NCBI GenBank assembly: GCA_937923965.1
Contig: CALDTL010000021.1
Span: 3,431 to 67,430 of the forward strand
DNA length: 64,000 bases
Reading direction: 5' to 3'
From: an uncultured Caulobacterales bacterium
Lineage (GTDB): Bacteria > Pseudomonadota > Alphaproteobacteria > Caulobacterales > Maricaulaceae
Shown piece after piece: positions 48,102 through 57,903 of this stretch (its first letter is position 1; each line of letters begins with the position of its first letter). A model generated the notes under the pieces. That model made no database searches. It worked only from the letters and a program-made list of their open reading frames with translations, and had not been told where the DNA came from. The position numbers were made by a program, and so were the translations under genes.

Positions 48102-51100
48102 ATGGATAGCCTTGTCGACGATTTTTCAAACGATACCAGTACGACGGGTGTCCTCGAAATTGACGGTACGGCCACAGGCACGATTGAGGTTGAAAACGAC
48201 TCGGACTGGTTTGCAATCGAGCTCACTGCGGGTGAAGTTATTCGTATTGCGGCAGATGACGCCCAAACCTACTTATATTTGAGGGACGCTGCTGGGAATT
48301 TCATTTTTAGTGGTGGCAATGACTTTGCTGCAAATGAGGCGTATATCTATGTGGAGGTGCAGGAGAGCGGAACCTATTATCTGGACGTAACAAGCTACGC
48401 TGCGAACACAGATTACACATTGACGGCTACGGTTGTTGAGGATGACTTCGCTAGCGGACCGATTACAACCGGCGTTCTTGAGGTTGGCGGGACGGCGACA
48501 GGCACCACCCATTTCGAGACTGATCAGGATTGGTTTGCAGTTGAGCTGACTGCCGGCGAAACTGCTCATTTTTTCTCTGATACACCGGATGTCTCTTTGT
48601 TCCTTTTTGATGGATCAGGTAATTTTCTGACGTCTCCCGGTTATGACTACGACACGGGTCAAGAAGTCCTCCTCGCGCAACCTACCGAGAGCGGAACCTT
48701 CTACGTTGTCGCTTACGGCCTCAACGCCGATACTGATTACACTATCTCGAGTACGGTGCTCGAAGATGACTATGCGGTTGGCACAACAACAACGGGCGTT
48801 CTCGAAATTGGTGGGACAGCCACGGGTGTAATTGATTTTACGAATGACTCGGATTGGTTTGCGATTGAGCTAACGGCGGGTGAAGTTGTCCGTATCGCCT
48901 CTGATGGGTTTTTTGATACAAATTTGAACCTACTCGATGAATTTGGAAATCATGTGTCTTTTGGTGACATCGATTATGACACAAGCGAAAGCTTTGTCAT
49001 TGCCCAAGTCGCGGAAAGCGGAACATTTTATGTTGATGTTAATAGTTCCAATGCGGGCTTGAACTACACACTGTCCACAACGGTGTTGGAAGATGACTTC
49101 GCAAGTAACGCTGATACAACCGGTGTTCTCGCTGTGGGCGACACGCTATCCGGAACAATCGATTTTAGGCATGACTCGGATTGGTTTGCGATGACCTTGA
49201 CCGCAGGGGATACAATTCGTGTCGCTATTGATGGGTTTGACGCAAATTTAGATGTAAGGGACGCGTCCGGGAATTTCCTTAGCACTGATTACATTGATGA
49301 GTTCGGCAATTATATCTCTTTTGATTACAGAGATTATGAGACGAATGAGACCGTCATCATAGTGCAGGTCCAAGAGAGCGGGACGTTCTATATCGATGTG
49401 AATGACTATAACTCGCCTGTTGATTACACGCTCACGGCCACAGCTTTGGAAGACGACTTTGCCGGAGATACGAGCTCAACTGGCGTTCTGGCGGTTGGCG
49501 GAACGGCAACAGGCGCAATCGATTTTAGGAATGATTCCGATTTGTTTGCGATTGAGCTGACAGCCGGCGAAATTGTGAGTATCGCGTCTAATTTGCTCGA
49601 TACAAATTTAAGCTTGCGAGATGCGGCCGGAAATTACTTCACATTAGGGTATGGTAATTATGACTCTAATGAGACCGTTCTCATAGCTGAGGTGCTGGAA
49701 AGCGGCACATATTATCTTAGCGTCAATGGTTACGACTCTCCCTTGGATTATACATTGACGGCAACGGTTGTTGAGGACGATTTCACCGCGAACACAACCA
49801 CAACCGGCGTGCTGGAGGTTGGCGGTACAGCCACGGGCTCAACTAATTATCAATATGATAGCGATTGGTTTGCGATTGAGCTGACAGCTGGCGACATTGT
49901 ACGTATAGCAACGGATGGGACTGACTCATATTTTTACCTGCGCGATGACTCCGAGAATATCCTGAACTTCAGTGACGTTGACTATAACTTGAATGAAACG
50001 GCGTTGACGGCAGTCGTGCAGGTAAGCGGAACCTATTACGTTGATTATACTAGCTATAACGCGAGCGGGAATTACACAATTTCAGCGACCGTTATAGAAG
50101 ACGACTTCGCCGGTGATTCCAGCACCACCGGCATTCTCGACATTGGCGGAACGATCACCGGCGCGATTGATTATGCGAGTGACTCGGATTGGATCGCAAT
50201 TTCACTTACGGCAGGCGAGACTGTCCGCATAGCGTCAGATGGACTGGATGCAAATTTTATTCTGCTAGATACATCTGGAAATTACATAGACTCCAATCGT
50301 ACTGACTACAGCGCCGACCAGAATTATATCATCGCGCAAGTAGAAACGAGCGGCGTCTATTATATCGATGTTACGAGTTATAATCCAACAGCGGATTATA
50401 CGCTGAGCGCCATTGCAATCGCGGATGACTTCGCAAGCGACACAAGTACAAGCGGCGTTCTTGAGGTTGGCGGGGCGATCACGGGCGCAATCAATTATCG
50501 TGATGATGTGGATTGGGTTGCGATTGAGCTGACGGCAGGCGAGACTGTTCGAATAGCGGTTGATAGCTCGTCCACATATTTGACCTTGCGAAATGCACTT
50601 GGACAATATGAGGTTTTCACGGATCAATATGACCATGCGACGGGTGAACAATTTATCATATTCGAGGCGGAGGAAAGCGGGACATTTTATGCTGAAGTTT
50701 CCAGTCACCTCGCCGAGTTAGATTACACCCTGACAGCCACGGCGCTTGAAGATGATTTCGCGGGTAATGCGAGCACCACAGGCATTCTCGAGGTTGGCGG
50801 GACGGCCATGGGCACAATTAACTTCAACGACGATGAAGATTGGTTTGCGATTACCCTCACGGCGGGAGAAGTTGTTCGTATCGCTTCTCAGGCAGATTTG
50901 ATCCTGAGAGATGAATTTGGGAATTTTGTCTCACAGGATAGCTACAGTTTTGACGCGGAGGCGAACATCCTCATAGCACAGGTCGAAGAGAGCGGGACAT
51001 TCTACATCGAGGTTAGCGACCATAACTCGACCTTGGATTACGCACTTACGGCCACAATTCTTGAGGATGACTTCGCAATTGGTACAAGCACAACCGGCCT

Positions 51101-53354
51101 TCTCGAAGTTGGCGGGACCGCCACAGGCACAATCAACTTTCGAGATGACTCGGATTGGTTTGCGATAACAATTTCTGACATAAGTTCGGGTCTGCGTTTG
51201 GTGGTGGATGACAGTCTTGTTGATTTAAATATTTTTGACGCGAATGGAAATTTGGTCGCAAGCTCATATGAACTCGAGAATAATTCAATATACTTCTCTG
51301 AAGTCGGTACATATTTTGTGGCCGCAGATTCATATTATTCTTTGGGTACCAACTATACCATATTGTCGATTGTTACGGAAAAATTTGAGGCAACGCACGT
51401 TGTTGCGGACACCAATATTGTCGACACTGTTGCAGATGAAATAAATGATATAACCTATTCGCTAACGCGCGACGGGACGCTCATTCGCTATTCCAATGAG
51501 ACGGAAATTTTATTGCCAGGCCTTGAGCTGGGCGTCGCCACAAGTGCGCTGTCCCTCAGTCAAGATGGCCGCTATTTATTCGCCGCTCAAGCTGAATTAG
51601 TAGATATTGGGAACTATAATGCCGAAGCCACGATTTTTCGTATAGACACAGAAACATTAGAGATGGAGTCATTCACGTTTGAATTGAGTGCTGATGGATA
51701 TGACCTCGCCCGCATTTCAGACATACAAATGGCTGCCGATGGCAGGCTCTTTGTTGCATTGGATTTCGCCGGTTCAGGTTCTGTGCCTTTCTATAGCTTC
51801 TCAGGATTTGACACCACGCCTTCAGCTGATTTAGTTGAAGATCCCGAGTTCTTTCGTGGCGACGAAATTGGGCAACGAACAAGTTTAGACATATCTCGCG
51901 ACGGGCAGTTTATGTTTCTGGCTGCAGGTAATAGCTCCTCCCACACGATTCAAATTTTCTCGGTGGAGGCCGACGCGGTTATTGCCTCGACCAGGCACCC
52001 TGGATTTAATTCCGCTGAAAACGCCATAAGCGGCGAGGCTGGTCTGGTCGCTGTGGCCGCATATAATGATGTTATAGTATATGACTTCGACCTAAACCCA
52101 GTTGCGGACTTAACAGGTATTTTTGGTCGTGCGGAACGCGTCGATCCAGTTTTCTCACAAAACGGGGAGTTCTTATTATTGGTTAACGATTCACGTTTTG
52201 ACGAATCCGGCGTTGCTATTGTTGATACCTCTAATTTCGAGATTGTGGCGTTTGTCGATATCCCCCAAAACATTTCAGATATTGTTGAAGTCGATATTAG
52301 CCCAGATGGCCTAAGTCTTATGATCACAGATGGGTCCGGCGTGCATTACGTGGATCTTTCTGAAATATTAGATGCGCCTGTGGAGGGGACCCCAAGCGCT
52401 GACACACTTGTCGGAACGGACGAAGATGATGTCATCATAGGCTTGGCGGGGAATGACACACTCGAAGGCGGCGGCGGCCATGACATTTTGGACGGCGGCG
52501 CAGGGCGCGATCATCTCCTCGGCGGCGACGGCAATGATATGCTTGAGGGCGGCGGCGGAGCTGGTGACACGCTTGATGGCGGTGCCGGCATAGATACGGC
52601 TGTCTACGAAAATTCGACAAACCGTGTGGATGTCAATTTACTCTCCGGCAACGGCAGCGGCGCGCAAGCCACTGGCGATGAGCTGATTGATATTGAAAAT
52701 CTGATTGGGTCTGATTTTGGTGATACCCTGCGCGGTGATAACGCCAGAAACCGCGTTGATGGCGGAGAGGGCAATGATGTCCTAATCGGGTTTGGCGGGA
52801 ATGATATTCTTATCGGCGCAGAGGGCCGAGATATTCTCAATGGCGGTGATGGCGGCGATTTCCTCCAGGGCGGCGCCGGCGTCGACCAGGCGCGCTACAA
52901 TGGTTCCTCGGAAGCTGTCCATATTAATCTTTTAGACGGCACGGCATCAGGTGGTCAGGCCGAAGGCGACAGGCTTCTCAACATCGAGAACTTATTCGGC
53001 TCCAATCATGACGACAGCCTGTTCGGCGACGGTCAAAATAATCAACTCTTCGGTCATAACGGTGATGACGTCCTAGCTGGGAATGGCGGGATCAATAAGC
53101 TCTTCGGAGGCTCAGGTGCAGATACATTCGTCCTCTCCGATGGATTTTCATTTGTCATGGACTTTGTTGATGATGTCGATCAGCTAGATGTGTCCGATTA
53201 CGGATTTACCTCGCTGGAGGCAGCCTTGGAAAATCTCGATCAGTTTGGCGCGCATGCTCGCTTCCGTGTGGGCGATGATGTCTTGCTCGTTCTAAACACT
53301 GACATGAATGACCTCATCGATGATATTGTCTACACAGATGACACTATGGCCTAG
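48102..53354 (+). CDS. RTX (Ca-binding nonapeptide) secreted protein, probable adhesin: 10 PPC-like repeats, beta-propeller, RTX tail
   Basis: No Sec signal; GGxGxDxL repeats near the C-terminus; 10 DDF..TTG.L.VGG...G.I....DSDWFAI.LTAG units; propeller motifs (LSLSQDGRYLF, DISRDGQFMF, FSQNGEFLL, DISPDGLSL). Confidence 0.85.
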   Translation: MDSLVDDFSNDTSTTGVLEIDGTATGTIEVENDSDWFAIELTAGEVIRIAADDAQTYLYLRDAAGNFIFSGGNDFAANEAYIYVEVQESGTYYLDVTSYAANTDYTLTATVVEDDFASGPITTGVLEVGGTATGTTHFETDQDWFAVELTAGETAHFFSDTPDVSLFLFDGSGNFLTSPGYDYDTGQEVLLAQPTESGTFYVVAYGLNADTDYTISSTVLEDDYAVGTTTTGVLEIGGTATGVIDFTNDSDWFAIELTAGEVVRIASDGFFDTNLNLLDEFGNHVSFGDIDYDTSESFVIAQVAESGTFYVDVNSSNAGLNYTLSTTVLEDDFASNADTTGVLAVGDTLSGTIDFRHDSDWFAMTLTAGDTIRVAIDGFDANLDVRDASGNFLSTDYIDEFGNYISFDYRDYETNETVIIVQVQESGTFYIDVNDYNSPVDYTLTATALEDDFAGDTSSTGVLAVGGTATGAIDFRNDSDLFAIELTAGEIVSIASNLLDTNLSLRDAAGNYFTLGYGNYDSNETVLIAEVLESGTYYLSVNGYDSPLDYTLTATVVEDDFTANTTTTGVLEVGGTATGSTNYQYDSDWFAIELTAGDIVRIATDGTDSYFYLRDDSENILNFSDVDYNLNETALTAVVQVSGTYYVDYTSYNASGNYTISATVIEDDFAGDSSTTGILDIGGTITGAIDYASDSDWIAISLTAGETVRIASDGLDANFILLDTSGNYIDSNRTDYSADQNYIIAQVETSGVYYIDVTSYNPTADYTLSAIAIADDFASDTSTSGVLEVGGAITGAINYRDDVDWVAIELTAGETVRIAVDSSSTYLTLRNALGQYEVFTDQYDHATGEQFIIFEAEESGTFYAEVSSHLAELDYTLTATALEDDFAGNASTTGILEVGGTAMGTINFNDDEDWFAITLTAGEVVRIASQADLILRDEFGNFVSQDSYSFDAEANILIAQVEESGTFYIEVSDHNSTLDYALTATILEDDFAIGTSTTGLLEVGGTATGTINFRDDSDWFAITISDISSGLRLVVDDSLVDLNIFDANGNLVASSYELENNSIYFSEVGTYFVAADSYYSLGTNYTILSIVTEKFEATHVVADTNIVDTVADEINDITYSLTRDGTLIRYSNETEILLPGLELGVATSALSLSQDGRYLFAAQAELVDIGNYNAEATIFRIDTETLEMESFTFELSADGYDLARISDIQMAADGRLFVALDFAGSGSVPFYSFSGFDTTPSADLVEDPEFFRGDEIGQRTSLDISRDGQFMFLAAGNSSSHTIQIFSVEADAVIASTRHPGFNSAENAISGEAGLVAVAAYNDVIVYDFDLNPVADLTGIFGRAERVDPVFSQNGEFLLLVNDSRFDESGVAIVDTSNFEIVAFVDIPQNISDIVEVDISPDGLSLMITDGSGVHYVDLSEILDAPVEGTPSADTLVGTDEDDVIIGLAGNDTLEGGGGHDILDGGAGRDHLLGGDGNDMLEGGGGAGDTLDGGAGIDTAVYENSTNRVDVNLLSGNGSGAQATGDELIDIENLIGSDFGDTLRGDNARNRVDGGEGNDVLIGFGGNDILIGAEGRDILNGGDGGDFLQGGAGVDQARYNGSSEAVHINLLDGTASGGQAEGDRLLNIENLFGSNHDDSLFGDGQNNQLFGHNGDDVLAGNGGINKLFGGSGADTFVLSDGFSFVMDFVDDVDQLDVSDYGFTSLEAALENLDQFGAHARFRVGDDVLLVLNTDMNDLIDDIVYTDDTMA
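48114..51370 (+). repeat. Ten diverged intragenic repeats of roughly 105-115 aa
   Basis: Counted from the recurring DD[FY] and D.DW[FIV]A motifs in the translation. Confidence 0.9.
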
Positions 53355-53536
53355 GCACAGTCTCGGCAAGCAGTCGAAAACACTTCTTTCGGGATGTTTG
53401 CGCGCTTGATGGCTGGGCAATGAGCCGGGTTACACCGATCTTTGCCCATTCGGGAACAGGCTGCTTATAGCTAAAAACCCAGCGAGACATTTTTCCAGAG
53501 CTTGCTTCTGGGACAAAGGCGAGAGGGTATTCGGTT

Positions 53537-53752
53537 TTAAAACGCCCTTGCGCCTGCGCGGACGCGGACGGCTTGCGGGGCAGGCGGGATGAGGGTTTCA
53601 AACGCGTCTTTGGCTTGCAAGAAGGCCGTGACATTCCCGTAGGGCGCATCTGGGTGGAAGAATTTCGCCTTTTTGCGCCACGCCGCGCGGATATCGCCTT
53701 CGCGCGCGCTCATAGACAAGCCGAGCGTCAATAATGCCTGTTGTCGTGTCAT
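53537..53752 (-). CDS. Stand-alone J-domain (DnaJ-like) protein
   Basis: ALLTLGL...DIRAAWRKKAKFFHPD; 71 aa. Confidence 0.85.
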   Translation of the reverse strand: MTRQQALLTLGLSMSAREGDIRAAWRKKAKFFHPDAPYGNVTAFLQAKDAFETLIPPAPQAVRVRAGARAF

Positions 53753-53880
53753 GTAAGAGTCCCGCTATCACCTTAAATTAAGACAAGATTGAAGTTCATG
53801 CTTAATTTTCCCTAATCAAACAGCTAGGCCTTAATAGCTTCCCAAGAAGCATGGTTAATTTTCGATTATTTGTAGGATTT

Positions 53881-54540
53881 ATGACGGATAAGATTATTCC
53901 CCCCACGCCGAGCCGGGCTGAATATATGGATAATGGCCCGCGCGAGATGGGCTGGCTCGAGGCAGATGAGCCGATTGCGCTTTTTGAAAAATGGTTGGCC
54001 AAGGCGGGCGATACAGAGCCAAATGATCCTAACGCGATGAGCCTTGCCACAATGGGCGCAGATGGGCAGCCCGATGTTCGGATTGTCTTGCTTAAGGGCT
54101 TGAGCCGCGATGGTTTTGTCTTTTACTCAAATGCGCAGAGTCAAAAAGGTGAGCAATTAAACGCCAGCGGTAAGGCGGCGCTGTGTTTCCATTGGAAAAG
54201 CTGGCATCGTCAGGTCCGGATTAGAGGGGTCGTGCAACCCGTTTCGGAAGCGGCCTCTGATGCTTATTTCGCGCAGCGCGCGCGCGGCTCTCGTATTGGG
54301 GCGTGGGCGTCTGATCAATCCCGCCCAGTTTCCTCGCGGGACGCAATGGTAGACCGCGTTGAGGAGATAGAGGCGCGTTTCGCCGACAAAGAGGTGCCTC
54401 GGCCCAAGCACTGGCATGGCTGGTGCGTCTCGCCCAGCGAGATTGAGTTTTGGCAGGACGGCGCGTTCCGCCTGCATGACCGTGTGTTGTTTTCAAAATC
54501 AAGCGCGGGTGACTGGACGAAAGCCCGTCTATACCCTTAA
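53881..54540 (+). CDS. pdxH: Pyridoxamine 5'-phosphate oxidase
   Basis: EPNDPNAMSLAT, RIVLLKG, RQVRIRG, IGAWASDQS, EFWQDGAFRLHDR; AGGA precedes ATG 53881. Confidence 0.95.
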   Translation: MTDKIIPPTPSRAEYMDNGPREMGWLEADEPIALFEKWLAKAGDTEPNDPNAMSLATMGADGQPDVRIVLLKGLSRDGFVFYSNAQSQKGEQLNASGKAALCFHWKSWHRQVRIRGVVQPVSEAASDAYFAQRARGSRIGAWASDQSRPVSSRDAMVDRVEEIEARFADKEVPRPKHWHGWCVSPSEIEFWQDGAFRLHDRVLFSKSSAGDWTKARLYP

Positions 54541-54569
54541 AAGAGAGGACCTTTCGAGAGAGCGAAATT

Positions 54570-55424
54570 ATGGCAGACCTAACCCCCGCAAATGATATTG
54601 GACCCGCAGTGAAAGTGCCGGGCGCGAAGCGGCGTAATTTAAGACGCTGGATTAATCGGATAACGTGGGCGCTGATTATTTTGGCGCCTATCGTGTTTGC
54701 GTTCGCCGCGATTGGCTACAAGCTAGGGCTTATCGACCTTTCTTTTGCCTTTGGTCAGCTTAATCAAAAACTCGGGCCGCTTATCCTCATTCTCTGCGGC
54801 GTATTCGGACTTATTAGCTTGATTTTGGCATTTGTTATCAAACCTAGAAAAGGTCTTATTGCGGGCATAATCGGGGTCTTGGTAGCAGTATTTGCGATGG
54901 GTAAATTGGCGGCAACAAAGACTGCGGTTTATGTGAAATATCCCTTCATTCATGATGTCACCACAGATACGCAAAACCCGCCCGTTTTCGGCGAAACCGT
55001 GATGGCTGAACGCCTTGCAATCGAGGGGGTCAACACAACGGATTATGCGGGGAAAACAGCGCCTATTTTCGAGGACGAAAAACCTGTTGGGGAAAAGCTT
55101 GTTTCAGTTCTGCAAACAAATGCGTTTCCTGAAATTCGGCCCTTAGTTCTAGGGGAGCCGCAAGATGTTATCTTCGGCAAAGCCTTGGCAACGGCTCAGG
55201 CTATGGGCTGGGACATCAAAGAAGAAGACATGGAAGTTGGCCGTATTGATGCGACGGATACGACGTTCTGGTATGGCTTTGAAGATGATGTCACCATTCG
55301 GTTGCGGCCTTCTGAAGGCGGCGGGACGATTGTGGATGTGCGCTCGCTCTCGCGGGTTGGCGGGTCTGACTTAGGAAAGAACGCCGCGCGGGTTGGAGAG
55401 TTTCTCGAACGCCTCGGAGAGTAA
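54570..55424 (+). CDS. DUF1499 domain membrane protein
   Basis: Three N-terminal TMs; PFIHDVTTD, TTFWYGFEDDVTIR, VDVRSLSRVGGSDLGKNAARV. Confidence 0.85.
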   Translation: MADLTPANDIGPAVKVPGAKRRNLRRWINRITWALIILAPIVFAFAAIGYKLGLIDLSFAFGQLNQKLGPLILILCGVFGLISLILAFVIKPRKGLIAGIIGVLVAVFAMGKLAATKTAVYVKYPFIHDVTTDTQNPPVFGETVMAERLAIEGVNTTDYAGKTAPIFEDEKPVGEKLVSVLQTNAFPEIRPLVLGEPQDVIFGKALATAQAMGWDIKEEDMEVGRIDATDTTFWYGFEDDVTIRLRPSEGGGTIVDVRSLSRVGGSDLGKNAARVGEFLERLGE

Positions 55425-55427
55425 CGC

Positions 55428-56324
55428 CTAGGCCAGCGCGTAGCTCTGGCGCAGGCTATCCGCTCCGTCTGCGGTCACGCGGCCTGTCTCGCGCAGATGT
55501 ATCATGTGCGAGAGAACGGAATGGGCCGCGGCCGGGTGCAGGCGTTTATCTACATCCTTATAGAGTAGGGCGACAATATCCCCGATGGCCGAAAGTCCAG
55601 ATTGAAGCGCGCCTAAGATCTGCGTCTCGCGCGCGAGGCGGTGGTCGATATAGGCCTGCACGAAGGGCCGCACGTCTGTGATGGCGGGACCATGTGTGGG
55701 GCGAATAATATCAAAATCACGATCTAAAACGGTCTTTAGGCTGGCCAGATAATCTCCCATATGTCCATCCGGCGGCGAGACGACAGAGGTCGACCACCCC
55801 ATAATATGATCGCCGGAAAATAGCGTGTTTTCTTCTTGCAAGGCATAGCAAAGATGATTGGATGTGTGTCCGGGCGTATGAATGGCTTCCAATGTCCAGC
55901 CTTCGCCGCGGACGACATGTCCGTTCCGAATCTCGACATCAGGCTTGAAGGTTAAATCATCCCCAGCTTCGAGGCGAACCTCGCCGCCTTGCGGCGGCTC
56001 AGGTTGTAATCCAAAACCATAAACTTTGCAGCCATGTTTCGCCGCGAGTGGTTTCGCCAGAGGGCTATGGTCGACATGATGATGTGTCACGAGAACATGA
56101 GAGACGGACCGCCCCTTCAAGGCTTTATCCATGGCTGCAATGTGATCAGCGCTTGTCGGGCCGGGATCTATTACGCAAACATTTTTCTCGCCGATGATAA
56201 AGACGCCCGTTCCCGTATAGGTAAAGGGACCGGGATTATTAGCCGTGACGCGCTGCACCAGCGGGCTGAGCCGGGCCAACACGCCATATTCAAAATCGAA
56301 ATTTCTAACAAAAGGTATCGACAT
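55428..56324 (-). CDS. Metallo-beta-lactamase-fold hydrolase (LACTB2-like) with C-terminal winged helix
   Basis: NPGPFTYTGT, THHHVDH, TPGHTSNH, SGDHIMGWS, PTHG. Confidence 0.9.
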   Translation of the reverse strand: MSIPFVRNFDFEYGVLARLSPLVQRVTANNPGPFTYTGTGVFIIGEKNVCVIDPGPTSADHIAAMDKALKGRSVSHVLVTHHHVDHSPLAKPLAAKHGCKVYGFGLQPEPPQGGEVRLEAGDDLTFKPDVEIRNGHVVRGEGWTLEAIHTPGHTSNHLCYALQEENTLFSGDHIMGWSTSVVSPPDGHMGDYLASLKTVLDRDFDIIRPTHGPAITDVRPFVQAYIDHRLARETQILGALQSGLSAIGDIVALLYKDVDKRLHPAAAHSVLSHMIHLRETGRVTADGADSLRQSYALA

Positions 56325-57226
56325 TACGGCCCGCTCTCTAGCGCGTCTCTGAGGGCGAGGCCAAGTGTTTTGACGGCGGATAACTTATCTTTGATAGGCA
56401 GGGCGAGCGGCGGGCCCATGTCTGTTTTATTGACGTCGACAATGTATATTTTTCCGTCCCCCGCATGTCGCAAGATATCAAGTCCGCCCCAGTCCAGCTG
56501 CATGGCGGCGCAAAATACCTTGATGTCGGAGAGTTCTTTTTCGCTGAAATAATCTGCAGGCCGCGCCAGCCGGACACGGGTGTTTAAATTGGCGAAGCGC
56601 TTTTCGATGGGACGCTCTTTGAGGAAAAGCAGGGGTATGGTCCCGAAAACCGTGGGACAGCGTAGGTCTAAGACTGTTCCGTCTGCGGTCTTATTGTCCA
56701 GCAGTTTTTGGTAGGCCCGTCCCGGCCGCGGCGGCGTGGGGGCCGCGCGGATTTGCGCGTCATGCACGCCGTTCTCTTCGCCCTTTTCTAGATAGGGCTC
56801 CTCCGCCGTGCTGGGGTCTAAGGACAGATCATATCCAAAAGTGGCGGCGAAAACCTTTGCGACATTAGATTTAGATATGTCGGTGCAATGACCGTTGAGG
56901 GTGCGTCCTGTGGGCGGCGGCTCATTTATGAGCGTTTGGTCGACAAAGTGGATGGTGAGCGCCGCTGCGTCTGGGGTATGGTGTGTTGGCCGCAGTCCGG
57001 CCTGCCGCAGCGCGCCCCATAACAGATACCAAGGCCTTGGCGGCTTCGGCGCATAGGCAATTTTTAAGGGCAGGGGCGCGGGACGACGGCGTAGCGTCTC
57101 TCGTAATATATAGTAAGACCCGCGCCATACGTCCCAAGCAAAGCCTTTCGAAAAAGCGATCTCAGCCCCAGTCTCGCGAACACGCAAACCACGCCACGAC
57201 CATTCAAAATCGGAAAAGACGGACAT
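56324..57226 (-). CDS. ATP-grasp-like hypothetical protein
   Basis: EKGEENGVHD, YQKLLDN, DWGGLDILR...KIYIVDVN resemble the RimK-type ATP-grasp C-terminus. Confidence 0.55.
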   Translation of the reverse strand: MSVFSDFEWSWRGLRVRETGAEIAFSKGFAWDVWRGSYYILRETLRRRPAPLPLKIAYAPKPPRPWYLLWGALRQAGLRPTHHTPDAAALTIHFVDQTLINEPPPTGRTLNGHCTDISKSNVAKVFAATFGYDLSLDPSTAEEPYLEKGEENGVHDAQIRAAPTPPRPGRAYQKLLDNKTADGTVLDLRCPTVFGTIPLLFLKERPIEKRFANLNTRVRLARPADYFSEKELSDIKVFCAAMQLDWGGLDILRHAGDGKIYIVDVNKTDMGPPLALPIKDKLSAVKTLGLALRDALESGP

Positions 57227-57263
57227 TTAAGGTTCAATGACGATGCGTCGATACCGAATGACT

Positions 57264-57893
57264 CTAGCGGACTCGGCGGACCTTAATGGCTCGGCTTTTG
57301 CCGTTCACGCGCAGAAAATGGCTGCCCATCGAGGCTTTGGTGATTTTTGCGAACGGTGTTCTGCTTTTCGAAATTCTCGGCGGGGTGATTTGAACAGAGT
57401 CGGTCTGTTCCCAGACTTGGCCGTTCTTCAAATAAACTCTCAGCTTTTTATAACCAAATGTATCGGCTCTAATGATTTCCGATGAGACGGATTTTACTCT
57501 GTCTTTCGATGCGCTTTGCGCTTTCGTTTGTTCAAAATCCTCTACTGATTGATTGAGAGGATTGATGTCTTTCGGCGGCGTTGGTTTTACGGTGACTGGA
57601 CTCGGCGTAACATTTTGTGGCGTTTGCGGCGGCGGCGCGATCACAGGCGCTTCGGGGACCGGCGCAGAAGGGGTGGAGAGAGGAGCGTTCGGCGCGCCGC
57701 CTACCGGCGCTGTCCCAAGTAGTCTGTCGTAACACTCTAATCTAAGGGACGGGTCGCTAAGGGCTCTGCAACTATCTAAGCTGGAGCCAGAGGCGCTGTT
57801 TTGGGCCAAGGCCGAAGATGAGGTCAGGGCCAAGCCAAAAATTGCGGCGCAGGGCAGGACATAGTTTCCGATTTTCGATAGACGAGACTTCAT
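57264..57893 (-). CDS. Hypothetical exported protein with Pro-rich linker
   Basis: Start ATG 57893; signal peptide; C-x10-C domain (CRALSDPSLRLEC); C-terminal VYLKNGQVWEQTD domain. Confidence 0.7.
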   Translation of the reverse strand: MKSRLSKIGNYVLPCAAIFGLALTSSSALAQNSASGSSLDSCRALSDPSLRLECYDRLLGTAPVGGAPNAPLSTPSAPVPEAPVIAPPPQTPQNVTPSPVTVKPTPPKDINPLNQSVEDFEQTKAQSASKDRVKSVSSEIIRADTFGYKKLRVYLKNGQVWEQTDSVQITPPRISKSRTPFAKITKASMGSHFLRVNGKSRAIKVRRVR

Positions 57894-57903
57894 TTTTTCG
57901 CTC

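Noticed and set aside
48114-51370. Periodic DNA resembling a repeat array or CRISPR
   Set aside because: Units are ~330 nt, diverged at synonymous positions and in frame within a protein; no spacers or cas genes.
53344-53649. 101-aa minus-strand ORF between the RTX and J-domain genes
   Set aside because: Overlaps both neighbours, no recognisable motif, low-complexity N-terminus.
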